Source of the DNA: an uncultured candidate division Zixibacteria bacterium
GTDB taxonomy: Bacteria; Zixibacteria; MSB-5A5; SM1-73
Assembly (NCBI GenBank): GCA_903908285.1
Contig: CAIVRH010000007.1
Location: 9,398 to 73,397 of the forward strand
DNA length: 64,000 nucleotides
Direction: 5' to 3'
Both the position numbers and the translations under genes were made by a program. The notes beneath the pieces were generated by a model. The model was given only the letters and a program-made list of their open reading frames with translations, had not been told where the DNA came from and did no database searches. Positions within the stretch are counted from its first letter, which is position 1, and each line of letters opens with the position of its first letter. Of the stretch, positions 8,173 through 17,554 are shown piece after piece.

Positions 8173-8718
8173 ATGGATAAAAAAGGAAATCAAACGGAAG
8201 AGAAAACGGGACTTGATTTCGATTTGGGAACCGGCAAACTTGGCCTGGGTGGGATATTTAAAGGCATCGGTAATTTGATTGACTTAGCCACCAAGTTGCA
8301 GCAGGAGGGCAAATCGGAATTTTCTCGTACCGGGGAAATAAAGGGCTTGGGTTCTAAGGGGGCGAAAGCTGTGTATGGTTTCTCCGTAAAGCTGGGGGGA
8401 CTGGCCGGTGAATCGCCTGAAGTCCAGACATTCGGCAATATCAAAAAGGATGAAAAGGGAGCTCCAGTGGTGGAGGAGGACCGGGAGCCTCTGGTTGATG
8501 TTTTCGACGAAGCGGACCGGATAACGATTATTGCGGAGATACCGGGAGTGGAGGAGAAGAAGATCCAGATAGAGATAAAGGACGATATCCTGGAGATTAA
8601 AGCCGAAGACACGGACCGGAAATACCACAAAGAGATTCTTTTACCGTCCAAAATCAAAAAGCAGACTATCAGCAGATCATATAAAAATGGAGTTTTAGAG
8701 ATAACGCTGACCAAATGA
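8173..8718 (+). CDS. Hsp20/alpha-crystallin protein (GvpH-like)
   Basis: YGFSVKLG...QTFGN, REPLVDVFD, AEIPGVEE, YKNGVLEITL. Confidence 0.92.
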   Translation: MDKKGNQTEEKTGLDFDLGTGKLGLGGIFKGIGNLIDLATKLQQEGKSEFSRTGEIKGLGSKGAKAVYGFSVKLGGLAGESPEVQTFGNIKKDEKGAPVVEEDREPLVDVFDEADRITIIAEIPGVEEKKIQIEIKDDILEIKAEDTDRKYHKEILLPSKIKKQTISRSYKNGVLEITLTK

Positions 8719-8932
8719 GGTAAACGATCATTGAAATCGGCAAGACGCCTATCGAAGACTGGGGTGTTTGAAGTTTCAGTTGCTATCGCGTAAAGGCGGA
8801 TCTGAAACGCTATGAGATTTTGATCAAGCTAAAACTTGATATCCCACTAAGATCATCCCGGCTTTGATTTTATAAGAGAGTGCTTGTTTGTATGGGGATA
8901 GGTGATTGAGTTCGCTTAACCGTGGAGGAAAT

Positions 8933-11116
8933 GTGACGGCTATTAAAACTGTTTCTCTAAGCCTGAAAGTGCAGGAAGCTCTTCCCAAGGATGTGGGAAG
9001 AGTCATAGCCAGAATAGATCCGGAGGATATGAAGAAGCTGGGGGTGGAGGTGGGCGACATTATCCAGATCTTTGGCAAACGGAAAACTGTGGCTAAGGTC
9101 ATGCCGGCTTATATGGAGGAAAGAGGCAAGAAGATCATCCAGATGGATGGGATAACCCGAGAGAATGCCAAGGTGGGTTTAGACGAGAGGGTGAACATTC
9201 AAAAAAATTCCTCCAAACCTGCTTTGAAAATAGTTTTAGCTCCCCTCTCTTTAGTTGGACCACTCGGGAAAGACAAGGATACCAGATACATCGGAAGACT
9301 TCTCGAAGGAATTCCTTTGGTCGAAGGTGACCGGGTGAGAGCCACTCTTTTTGGAACCCGATCCCAGGATTTTATGGTGTTGGAAACTCATCCACCCAAA
9401 GAGGTGGTACAAATTCAACCCACCACCTCCATCAAGATAAAGCAGGAGGGGGGAGTAGAAGAAAAGGGACTTAAGGTATCCTATGAGGATATCGGAGGTC
9501 TGCACAAGGAGATTCAGAGGGTCAGAGAGATGATCGAGCTTCCCTTAAAGTATCCCCAGATATTTCAAAGACTGGGCATAGATGCTCCCAAAGGAGTGTT
9601 GCTTCACGGTCCCCCGGGATGTGGAAAGACCCTGATAGCCAGAGCCGTGGTTAATGAAACGGATGCTTATTTCGTGCACATATCGGGTCCCGAAGTCGTG
9701 GGGAAATTTTACGGCGAGAGCGAAGCAAGATTAAGAGCAGTATTTGAGGAGGCTTCAGCCAATGTTCCCTCCATAGTCTTCATAGATGAGATAGATTCCA
9801 TCGCTCCCAAACGGGAGGAGATGGGGGGCGAAAGACAGGTGGAGAGGAGGATAGTAGCTCAGCTATTGGCTTTGATGGACGGGTTGGAATCCCGGGGCCA
9901 GGTCATAGTGATAGGGGCGACTAACATCCCCAACACTTTGGACCCAGCCTTACGCAGGCCGGGCAGATTTGACCGGGAGATCTGTATCGGGATTCCGGAC
10001 AAGAAAGGTAGGCTGCAAATATTGCACATTCATACCCGGGGTATGCCGTTAGCCCAGGATGTGGATCTGGAGAAATTAGCGGAGATCACCCATGGTTTTG
10101 TGGGGGCGGATCTGGAGGCTTTATGCCGGGAAGCGGCAATGTCGGCTTTGAGGAAGATTTTCCCCAAGATAGATTTTCAATTAGATGAGATCCCGTACGA
10201 GCTGATCCTGGAATTGGAAGTCAATATGGAAAGCTTCTATGAGGCTTTAAAAGAGGTGGAACCTTCGGCCATAAGAGAGGTTTTTGTCGAGGTACCCGAG
10301 GTGAAATGGGAGGAGGTGGGAGGATTGGATGATATCAAGCAAAAGCTTAAAGAATCGGTGGAATGGCCGCTGAAATACCCGCAGTTATTTGAGAAAGCCA
10401 ATACCAAGCCCCCCAAAGGCATTATTGTCTACGGCCATCCCGGGACGGGAAAAACACTCTTGGCCAAGGCGGTGGCTTTTGAGAGCAAGGTTAACTTTAT
10501 CCCGATCAAGGGTCCCTCTCTTATGTCAAAATATATCGGAGAAAGTGAAAAAGGGGTGAGAGAAGCCTTTAAGAAAGCAAAACAAGCTTCTCCCTGCATC
10601 CTCTTCTTCGACGAGATCGATGCTTTAACTCCGATGAGGGGAGGGGGAGCCGGTGATGCCCATGTATCGGAACGGGTGATCAGCCAATTTTTGACTGAGT
10701 TGGATGGGATTGAGGAGTTGAAAGGGGTGTTAGTGCTTGCTGCCACTAATCGGATAGATATCCTGGATCCGGCATTGCTTCGGGCCGGTAGATTCGACCT
10801 CCTGCTGGAACTTCCCCTGCCGGATGAAAAAGCAAGATGGGAGATCTTCAAGATTCACACCCGGGGGAAACCTTTGGCCAAGGATGTGGATTTAAAAGCC
10901 TTAGCCGGCACTACTGCAGATTGTGTCGGATCGGATATCGAGTTTATCTGCCGTAGAGCCTCCCTCTCGGCTATCCGGGATTATGTGGGAAAAGAGAAAT
11001 CCGAAGGTTCCTCTGCGAAGGTTGGGACAAAAGACTATTCCAATTTTGTGATTAAAACTACCCATTTCTATCATGCCATCAAGGAGATGTCGGAAAGAAA
11101 GGCAAGCACGAAATGA
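8933..11116 (+). CDS. Cdc48/VCP/p97-family double AAA+ ATPase
   Basis: N-domain plus D1 GPPGCGKT/FIDEID and D2 GHPGTGKT/FFDEID, with DPALRRPGRFD; GTG 8933 follows GGAGG (ORF track starts at 8906). Confidence 0.95.
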   Translation: MTAIKTVSLSLKVQEALPKDVGRVIARIDPEDMKKLGVEVGDIIQIFGKRKTVAKVMPAYMEERGKKIIQMDGITRENAKVGLDERVNIQKNSSKPALKIVLAPLSLVGPLGKDKDTRYIGRLLEGIPLVEGDRVRATLFGTRSQDFMVLETHPPKEVVQIQPTTSIKIKQEGGVEEKGLKVSYEDIGGLHKEIQRVREMIELPLKYPQIFQRLGIDAPKGVLLHGPPGCGKTLIARAVVNETDAYFVHISGPEVVGKFYGESEARLRAVFEEASANVPSIVFIDEIDSIAPKREEMGGERQVERRIVAQLLALMDGLESRGQVIVIGATNIPNTLDPALRRPGRFDREICIGIPDKKGRLQILHIHTRGMPLAQDVDLEKLAEITHGFVGADLEALCREAAMSALRKIFPKIDFQLDEIPYELILELEVNMESFYEALKEVEPSAIREVFVEVPEVKWEEVGGLDDIKQKLKESVEWPLKYPQLFEKANTKPPKGIIVYGHPGTGKTLLAKAVAFESKVNFIPIKGPSLMSKYIGESEKGVREAFKKAKQASPCILFFDEIDALTPMRGGGAGDAHVSERVISQFLTELDGIEELKGVLVLAATNRIDILDPALLRAGRFDLLLELPLPDEKARWEIFKIHTRGKPLAKDVDLKALAGTTADCVGSDIEFICRRASLSAIRDYVGKEKSEGSSAKVGTKDYSNFVIKTTHFYHAIKEMSERKASTK

Positions 11117-11319
11117 CCATTAGTGATAACCGGTCCCGGATAGTTGAATCTCCGGTTTTGGGTGCAGTTTTCCTTTTGGTCAATTATGCGGTTAGACTGG
11201 TAATAATAAGCAAGTTCTGGTGCGAAGTTCTGTTGGGAATCGGTATCAAACTGTTTTCGCCGAAAAGAGGCAGGTCAGCGGTGCTTAACCGGCTGATCTG
11301 AACTACTCTTTTCACCCCC

Positions 11320-11351
11320 GGGGAAGGATGTTCGGGAAAGCATCCTTCCCC
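11320..11351 (+). promoter_or_regulatory. Strong intergenic hairpin
   Basis: Perfect 11-bp stem GGGGAAGGATG/CATCCTTCCCC with no U-tract. Confidence 0.5.
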
Positions 11352-11394
11352 CCCCCCTTAGAGAATCATATTTCTTATAGCAAAAGGTGATGAG

Positions 11395-12444
11395 ATGACT
11401 GAAATGGGAAAATACGTTTACGGAATAATCCGGGCGAACGGAAAAAGAGACTTTGGCGTAATCGGATTAGGTGACTCTCCCAGTCAGGTATACACGGTTC
11501 CGCTTCAGGATTTAAGTGCGGTGGTCAGTGATTCACCAATCAGGGCTTACCAATCCATGACCAAAGACAAAGTGGCCCAGGATCTTTATTGTCATCAGTC
11601 CGTTATCGAGAAGGTGATGAAAGATCAGGCCATCCTCCCCATGAAATTCGGAACACTGGTTGAAGGAGAAAATGAAGTTGCCCAGATCTTAAAAACGGGG
11701 TATGAACAATTCATCCCGGCGCTTGGCTGGATATGCGATAAGATAGAGTTAGATGTGGTAGCATTATGGGATAAGGAAGCAATTTTCCAAGAGCTGGCAG
11801 AAGAGAAGGAAATCAAAGAATTTAAGGAGAGGATAAGTTCTAACCCCGCCGGTCCCTCACTCGATGACCGGATAAGTTTGGGCCAGCTGGTGGAGAAATC
11901 CATAAAGAAGAAAAATCTTGAGCGGGCGGAGGATATCTGTCACATTCTAAAGAGGAAAGCCCAGGATTTCTGCACGCACGATACTCTGGATAATATGATG
12001 ATACTAAACTGCTCTTTCCTTTTGGAAGAAAAAAGGGAAGAGGATTTCGATGCCCAGTTACATGAGCTGGATGCCAGATACCAGAAGAGGATAAACTTCA
12101 GATGTGTAGGACCCTTGGCTCCATACAGCTTCAGCACCATCGAAGTGAAAAAGATAGGCTTCGATGCCATCGAGGAAGCCAGGAAATTATTGGGATTGGG
12201 CGAAGAAATTACCCGGTCGGAGATTAAAAGCGCGCACCGTAGGCTGGTATTTAAGTATCACCCGGATAAAAATCCCCAAGGGGAGCCATGGGTTAAAGAG
12301 TTTGATGAGGTGAATCAGGCTTATAAGCTTTTGCTGGAGTATTGTCGAACGGACCGATGCTCTTTGCGGAAAGAGGATGTCAAGGATTCCGTTCTGGTTA
12401 AAATCGTTAAAATCTCAGATGACCCGGAAAGGAAGAGATATTGA
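11395..12444 (+). CDS. GvpF/GvpL family protein fused to a C-terminal DnaJ J-domain
   Basis: KYVYGII, ILPMKFGT, VGPLAPYSF (GvpF/L), then ARKLLGL...IKSAHRRLVFKYHPDKNP...EVNQAYKLL with the HPD motif. Confidence 0.92.
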   Translation: MTEMGKYVYGIIRANGKRDFGVIGLGDSPSQVYTVPLQDLSAVVSDSPIRAYQSMTKDKVAQDLYCHQSVIEKVMKDQAILPMKFGTLVEGENEVAQILKTGYEQFIPALGWICDKIELDVVALWDKEAIFQELAEEKEIKEFKERISSNPAGPSLDDRISLGQLVEKSIKKKNLERAEDICHILKRKAQDFCTHDTLDNMMILNCSFLLEEKREEDFDAQLHELDARYQKRINFRCVGPLAPYSFSTIEVKKIGFDAIEEARKLLGLGEEITRSEIKSAHRRLVFKYHPDKNPQGEPWVKEFDEVNQAYKLLLEYCRTDRCSLRKEDVKDSVLVKIVKISDDPERKRY

Positions 12445-13073
12445 AAAGACTGATCTATGTTCCGGTGATTCATACTGAGGCAGATATGGGCTCGGTAGCA
12501 GAGCCGCTGAAAAAGGAATACATCCAGAGATATGGTCTCAAAAGGTGGAGCGAACACATCGATACGATTCGGAGTATGTGGCTGGGAATCAGACAAAAAA
12601 TATTCGCACTGGGATTGGATTATAAAAAGACCAAGGTTTATCAGGATGGACTGCCGGTTTGCGACAAAGAGTTAGCCATTGCTTCGGATCTGGCTAAAGC
12701 GGGCAACCAGAACTACCAGATAGTATGGGAATTGATGCAACGGGGAGCCAAGCTCATGGGAACGGAGAATCCCCAGCTTCTTTTAGAAGAGTATAAATAC
12801 ATCAAAAATATCGCTCAAATTGACGCTTTAGAAAAGAAAGAAAAGGCGATAAATGAATATGAAAAAAAAGCCGCGGATATACTCGAAAGAAGAGACCAAT
12901 ACATTGCGGATAGAATCACCCTGACCTTGAAGGACGGAGAAATCGGAATTCTTTTTATCGGGATGAGACACCGGGTGGACGAAAAGTTACCCGAAGACAT
13001 GGGAGTCAGCTATCTGATCTATAGACTGCCGTTTAAAGAAAACTACAACCTTTCAGGAAAGCTTCCGGGATGA
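12441..13073 (+). CDS. Uncharacterised cluster protein, possible TraB/Tiki-like fold
   Basis: Overlaps both neighbours by 4 bp; IYVPVIH, YQDGLP, RDQYIADRI, LFIGMRH. Confidence 0.75.
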   Translation: MKRLIYVPVIHTEADMGSVAEPLKKEYIQRYGLKRWSEHIDTIRSMWLGIRQKIFALGLDYKKTKVYQDGLPVCDKELAIASDLAKAGNQNYQIVWELMQRGAKLMGTENPQLLLEEYKYIKNIAQIDALEKKEKAINEYEKKAADILERRDQYIADRITLTLKDGEIGILFIGMRHRVDEKLPEDMGVSYLIYRLPFKENYNLSGKLPG

Positions 13074-13588
13074 CAAAAAGCACGCGGGTTAAGGGGCTCC
13101 ACGATATCACCACCATGCAGCACCGGCCGGGCAAGGAAAGGAAGGCGGGTACCATCGGCTGGGGTGGGGTCAGGTCAGGGGATGAAGCCTTCAAGAGAGA
13201 TTCTGTTGCCAGCCCACGCACTTGGGTGTTCTCCACCAGGCCCAAATTTGTACGCCAGGCACCGGTGGAAAAGTCCCTGTTGGTTGAAAAAGTGGAGGAA
13301 CCGAAGGTAAATGTTTTCGAGGAAACCGAAGAGGTGGTGATATTGGCAGAGATGCCGGGTGCAGACGAGGAAAGCATTAAATGCAGAACCCAGGATGATA
13401 TTCTGACGGTATTTGCAGAAGCCAAGGATACCTGGGGTACAAAAAGATATGAAAAGGAAATCTTATTGCCCTTTACCGTCAGCCCGGAAAATTTGAAAAC
13501 CTCATATGAGAACCAGATATTGGAGATCAAGCTTACCCGGAGTCGAAAGGACGGGAGCCGGAAGACTAAAAACAAGAAAGGGATTTAA
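13070..13588 (+). CDS. Hsp20/alpha-crystallin protein
   Basis: EPKVNVFEE, AEMPGADE, YEKEILLP, YENQILEIKL. Confidence 0.88.
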   Translation: MTKSTRVKGLHDITTMQHRPGKERKAGTIGWGGVRSGDEAFKRDSVASPRTWVFSTRPKFVRQAPVEKSLLVEKVEEPKVNVFEETEEVVILAEMPGADEESIKCRTQDDILTVFAEAKDTWGTKRYEKEILLPFTVSPENLKTSYENQILEIKLTRSRKDGSRKTKNKKGI

Positions 13589-13589
13589 C

Positions 13590-13964
13590 ATGAAACGAGC
13601 CATTATGGTAGTGGACGATGAGGAAGAGATCTGTGATCTATTACAGGATTTATTAACCCGGGAGGGGTATCAGGTATACACCGCCACCACTGGCATGGAG
13701 GCAATCTCTTTAGGAGAGCAAAATGAACTTGATCTTGCCCTTCTGGATTTAAAGATGCCGGGGATGGATGGTTTGGAGGTATTTCGAAAACTGAAGGAGG
13801 TAAGAGAGGATCTGGGAGTGATCATCCTAACCGGTTACGGAACCTTGGGCACGGCTAAAGAGGCAATGAGATTAGGCGCCCGGGATTATCTTACCAAGCC
13901 GTTTGATTTGGGATTGGTGAAGAATATAATCAAGAAAGCATTAGAAAGCAAAAAGGTGAAATAA
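13590..13964 (+). CDS. Single-domain response regulator (receiver only)
   Basis: VVDDE, LLDLKMPGMDG, ILTGYG, YLTKPF; ATG 13590 follows the upstream stop. Confidence 0.93.
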   Translation: MKRAIMVVDDEEEICDLLQDLLTREGYQVYTATTGMEAISLGEQNELDLALLDLKMPGMDGLEVFRKLKEVREDLGVIILTGYGTLGTAKEAMRLGARDYLTKPFDLGLVKNIIKKALESKKVK

Positions 13965-13966
13965 GA

Positions 13967-14779
13967 ATGAATGAAGATAACAGTCACAGGGAAGGTATAT
14001 ACATCTATTGCTTAATAGATTTCAAAGAGGGAGAGCCGGAGAAGAACTTCGGTCCCCTGGGCTTGGGTCAAAGAGGGGATGAACTCCGTTCCCTAAGCTA
14101 CCGGGATGTGGCAGCGGTGATCAGCAATTCCCCCATTAAAAAATATCCGGTCTCCAGAGAAAACTGTTTGGGCCATCAGCAGGCAGTGGAGGCGGTGATG
14201 AAGGAAGGTTTTACCGCTTTGCCGGTCAGATATTGCACCATTGCGGAGGATGAAGAACAGGTGAGGAAAATATTGAAAAGAGATCATGAGAGATTTAAGG
14301 ACCTGCTTAGAAAAATGCAAAACAAGGTGGAGCTGGGGTTGAAGGCCATATTTGATGAAAAGCTGATTTATCAAGACATTCTGGCTAAAAACCAAGAGAT
14401 CAGGCTATGGAAAGAAAAGTTAACGAACAAACCTCCGGAGAAGACTTATCATCAGCGAATCGAGGTGGGGAGGATGGTCGAAGCGGCACTCAATGCAGAA
14501 AAGGAAAAAGCGAAAACAGTAGCGCTTAGAACGTTAAAAGGACTGGCCGAGGATTATGTCGTCGCGGACAACTACGGGGAGAGGATGCTTTTAAATGCCT
14601 CCTTTTTAGTAGATAGGAACAGAGAGCCGGAAATTGACAAGAAGGTGGATGAGTTAAATGAGAGTTTCGAGCAGAGGGTGAAACTAAAATATGTGGGAGG
14701 GATGCCCCCATTTAATTTCGTGTGTATGGAGATAGACTTGGACGTAAAGGGGGTGGAATTAGATGCTGCTGGTCGATGA
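13967..14779 (+). CDS. gvpF: GvpF/GvpL family protein
   Basis: IYIYCLI, HQQAVEAVM, LPVRYCT, MLLNASFLV, YVGGMPPFNF; overlaps gvpG. Confidence 0.9.
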   Translation: MNEDNSHREGIYIYCLIDFKEGEPEKNFGPLGLGQRGDELRSLSYRDVAAVISNSPIKKYPVSRENCLGHQQAVEAVMKEGFTALPVRYCTIAEDEEQVRKILKRDHERFKDLLRKMQNKVELGLKAIFDEKLIYQDILAKNQEIRLWKEKLTNKPPEKTYHQRIEVGRMVEAALNAEKEKAKTVALRTLKGLAEDYVVADNYGERMLLNASFLVDRNREPEIDKKVDELNESFEQRVKLKYVGGMPPFNFVCMEIDLDVKGVELDAAGR

Positions 14780-14993
14780 TGTACTGCTTTTTCCCTTAAA
14801 AGGGCTTATCGGGATTTTCGAAAAGATTCACCAGATGGCAAATACAGAGACCAGCGACGAAAAGTATGCGCTGGAAAAGCTGATGGAACTCCAGCTCCGC
14901 TTTGAGATGGATGAGATAGGCGAGGAGGAATTCAGGAAAGAGGAGACAAAATTGCAGGCAAAATTGAACGTCCTCCGAGAGTCTGATGAATAA
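14763..14993 (+). CDS. gvpG: Gas vesicle protein GvpG
   Basis: MLLVDDVLLFPLKGL...LMELQLRFEMDEIGEEEF. Confidence 0.9.
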   Translation: MLLVDDVLLFPLKGLIGIFEKIHQMANTETSDEKYALEKLMELQLRFEMDEIGEEEFRKEETKLQAKLNVLRESDE

Positions 14994-15057
14994 TGGACAT
15001 CGGACCAGGAGAAGTTAACTCAAGGATATAATCTTACTTTCAAAAGGAGAAGGTAAA

Positions 15058-15321
15058 ATGGAAATGACGGTGCCGAAATTGATCGAACAAGCGCGGCAGC
15101 AATTAGCTGAGGCCACCGGGTTAAAGCTCTCCACCACTTTGGGTGCGGCAAAAGATGAAAAGGGGTGGCGAATATCCGTGGAGATGGTCGAAAAGAAATC
15201 GATCCCGGATGGAATGGACATATTGGGAACATACGAAGCCTGGCTAAACGATCGGGGTGAGCTGTTGGAGTTTAGCCGCAAGAGGCTCCGTAAACGCATA
15301 GACACAGTCGAACAGGAATAG
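15058..15321 (+). CDS. gvpO: Gas vesicle protein GvpO/GvpR
   Basis: GWRISVEMVEKKSIPDGMDILGTYEAWLNDRGELLEFSR. Confidence 0.9.
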   Translation: MEMTVPKLIEQARQQLAEATGLKLSTTLGAAKDEKGWRISVEMVEKKSIPDGMDILGTYEAWLNDRGELLEFSRKRLRKRIDTVEQE

Positions 15322-15347
15322 GAATTCAACCGGAAAACGGTAAAGCC

Positions 15348-17381
15348 ATGTCAGAAAACCTTTCTGTTCACTTAAACAACACCAAGCTGAAACTGATAAT
15401 GTTTGGCGGTAAAGGCGGAAGCGGCAAGACCACAGCTGCCTGTGCTTCAGCCATACATATCAGCCTGAACCGTCCGGAGGTGAAGGTGCTTTTAATTTCC
15501 ACGGACCCGGCGCACTCCTTAGGAGACAGTTTTGACATCCGGATAGGCAACCAGATCACTTCCATTGAAGCTGTGCCTGGTCTTTCTGCTTTAGAGATAG
15601 ACGCATCCCAGCTTCTGAATAACTTCAAGCAGAGATATGGAGCTGCGATTTTAATACTGGCTGAACGGGGCACCTACTTTGACCAGCAGGATATAGCAGA
15701 ATTCTTCTGTCTTTCCCTGCCGGGTTTAGATGAACTTATGGCAATTATGAAGGTGGCGGATATCTTAAGATCGAAGGAATACGATCTGATCATCCTGGAT
15801 ACAGCGCCTACCGGACACACCATGAGTTTATTGGACCTGCCAGGACATATGCTCAAATGGATAAGTGTCTTCGATTTAATGCAGAACAAACATCGCTACC
15901 TGTCGAAACAATTTGGGGGTGAGTATATAAAAGATGATGCAGATAAATTCTTGGATTTAATATCAGAGGATGTAAAAACAGTAAGGGCTCTCCTTTTGAA
16001 TTCCGAGACAACGGAATTCGTTCCGGTTACCATTCCAGAAACTTTGAGCATAAATGAGACGGAGAGGCTGGCAGTCTTTCTGAAGAGTCATGGAATTCCG
16101 TTAAAAAACATCATCGTTAATCGAGTCATCCAAGCGGAGGGATGTGATTTCTGTTCATCCAAAAGAAGAGAACAACAGCGGTACATGAGAGAAATCGAAG
16201 AGAAATTCAAAGAATATGATCTTCATGAAATCTCCTTATTCCCCAGGCAGATAAGGGGTATAAAAGATTTAAAAGAGTTCGGTTCGGCTTTATTTGATAA
16301 AACCTTTCGACCCCAACCGCCCGCCAAGGTTCAATTCTCACCTAAGATATCCGTTCAGGATAAATCCATTGGTTCAAATTCCAAGCTTTCGGATATTTGT
16401 AGCAGGAATTTGCAGTTTATCCTGTTTGGGGGAAAGGGAGGGGTGGGTAAAACCTCAATGGCTTCAGCTACAGCACTTTATTGGGCTAAACAAAATCCCC
16501 AAAAGAAGGTATTGGTCTTCTCCACTGATCCGGCGCATTCATTATCCGATTCATTCAGCTGTCCGGTGGGCAACCGGATTACCCCCATAAACACAGTGGG
16601 CAATCTTTATGCGCTGGAGATAGATGCCGTTCAATTAGTTGAAGATTTCAAGGATGAATACCGGGAGGGGATAGATGAGATCTTTGATAATTTTCTGGGT
16701 ATTAATGCACAGATTAAGTTTGACCGGGAAGTGATGCGGGAGCTTATCTCCCTTACTCCCCCGGGATTAGATGAACTCATGGCCCTGATGAAAATCATGG
16801 AACTTAGCGAAGAGGGGAAATATGATCTTTGCGTTTTGGACACATCTCCCACCGGACATCTGGTTCGATTTCTGGAGCTTCCTTCACTGGTCTTAGAGTG
16901 GTTAAGAACCATCATCAAATTATTATTGAAATACAAGGAAGTAGCCAGATTAAACCGAACCGCCCAACAACTTTATTCTCTGTCAAAAAACATTAGGAGG
17001 ATACAGAAAACACTGTCTGATCCCCAAAAGAGCGAGTTAGTGACCATAACCATTCCCGAAGCCATGGGCATAGCCGAGACCGAGAGACTGCTTTCCGCTC
17101 TTAAGAGACTTGGAATTCCCTGTCAACATGTGGTCCTCAACATGCTTATCCCACCCACTGAGTGTGGATTCTGCACTCGCAAGACGGAGGAACAACAAAA
17201 GTATGTCAAGGAGGCTAAGAGGAAATTCTTTAATTGTCTGATTAGTGAAATTCCATTATTTCCCCATGAAATCAAGGGAATCGACAGTTTAACTGAACTC
17301 TCTGGGATTATGTATGGGAAAAACCCAGCCAAAGGTGTCGGAGTTTTAAAATCTGTGTGGCAAAGTATAAAACTGTCTTAA
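15348..17381 (+). CDS. Tandem-domain ArsA/Get3(TRC40) family ATPase
   Basis: Two copies of GKGGxGKT, STDPAHSLxD, PGLDE, DTxPTGH, each with a late CxxC (CDFC, CGFC). Confidence 0.93.
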   Translation: MSENLSVHLNNTKLKLIMFGGKGGSGKTTAACASAIHISLNRPEVKVLLISTDPAHSLGDSFDIRIGNQITSIEAVPGLSALEIDASQLLNNFKQRYGAAILILAERGTYFDQQDIAEFFCLSLPGLDELMAIMKVADILRSKEYDLIILDTAPTGHTMSLLDLPGHMLKWISVFDLMQNKHRYLSKQFGGEYIKDDADKFLDLISEDVKTVRALLLNSETTEFVPVTIPETLSINETERLAVFLKSHGIPLKNIIVNRVIQAEGCDFCSSKRREQQRYMREIEEKFKEYDLHEISLFPRQIRGIKDLKEFGSALFDKTFRPQPPAKVQFSPKISVQDKSIGSNSKLSDICSRNLQFILFGGKGGVGKTSMASATALYWAKQNPQKKVLVFSTDPAHSLSDSFSCPVGNRITPINTVGNLYALEIDAVQLVEDFKDEYREGIDEIFDNFLGINAQIKFDREVMRELISLTPPGLDELMALMKIMELSEEGKYDLCVLDTSPTGHLVRFLELPSLVLEWLRTIIKLLLKYKEVARLNRTAQQLYSLSKNIRRIQKTLSDPQKSELVTITIPEAMGIAETERLLSALKRLGIPCQHVVLNMLIPPTECGFCTRKTEEQQKYVKEAKRKFFNCLISEIPLFPHEIKGIDSLTELSGIMYGKNPAKGVGVLKSVWQSIKLS

Positions 17382-17404
17382 ATATAATAATTAGATTAGG
17401 TAGG

Positions 17405-17524
17405 ATGCGTCCGCCTAGAGGACAAGAAAAGAGAGAAATCAAGCTAAAAGGCAAGCGGATAGGAAATCCGAAGTTGAAAAAGCCCAAGGAGATTCAGATG
17501 TGGTATGAAGAAGCCGGTAGTTAA
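17405..17524 (+). CDS. Possible small basic protein, 39 aa
   Basis: MRPPRGQEKREIKLKGKRIGNPKLKKPKEIQMWYEEAGS fills the intergenic gap in the operon direction. Confidence 0.25.
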   Translation: MRPPRGQEKREIKLKGKRIGNPKLKKPKEIQMWYEEAGS

Positions 17525-17554
17525 AAATAAGTTTTCAAAAAGGGAGAATTCGAA

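Noticed and set aside
11113-11301. 62-aa ORF after Cdc48
   Set aside because: The ATGA overlap is suggestive, but I see no recognisable motif; insufficient support.
15348-17381. Arsenic resistance operon
   Set aside because: No ars pump, reductase or regulator nearby, and the gene sits inside the gvp operon.
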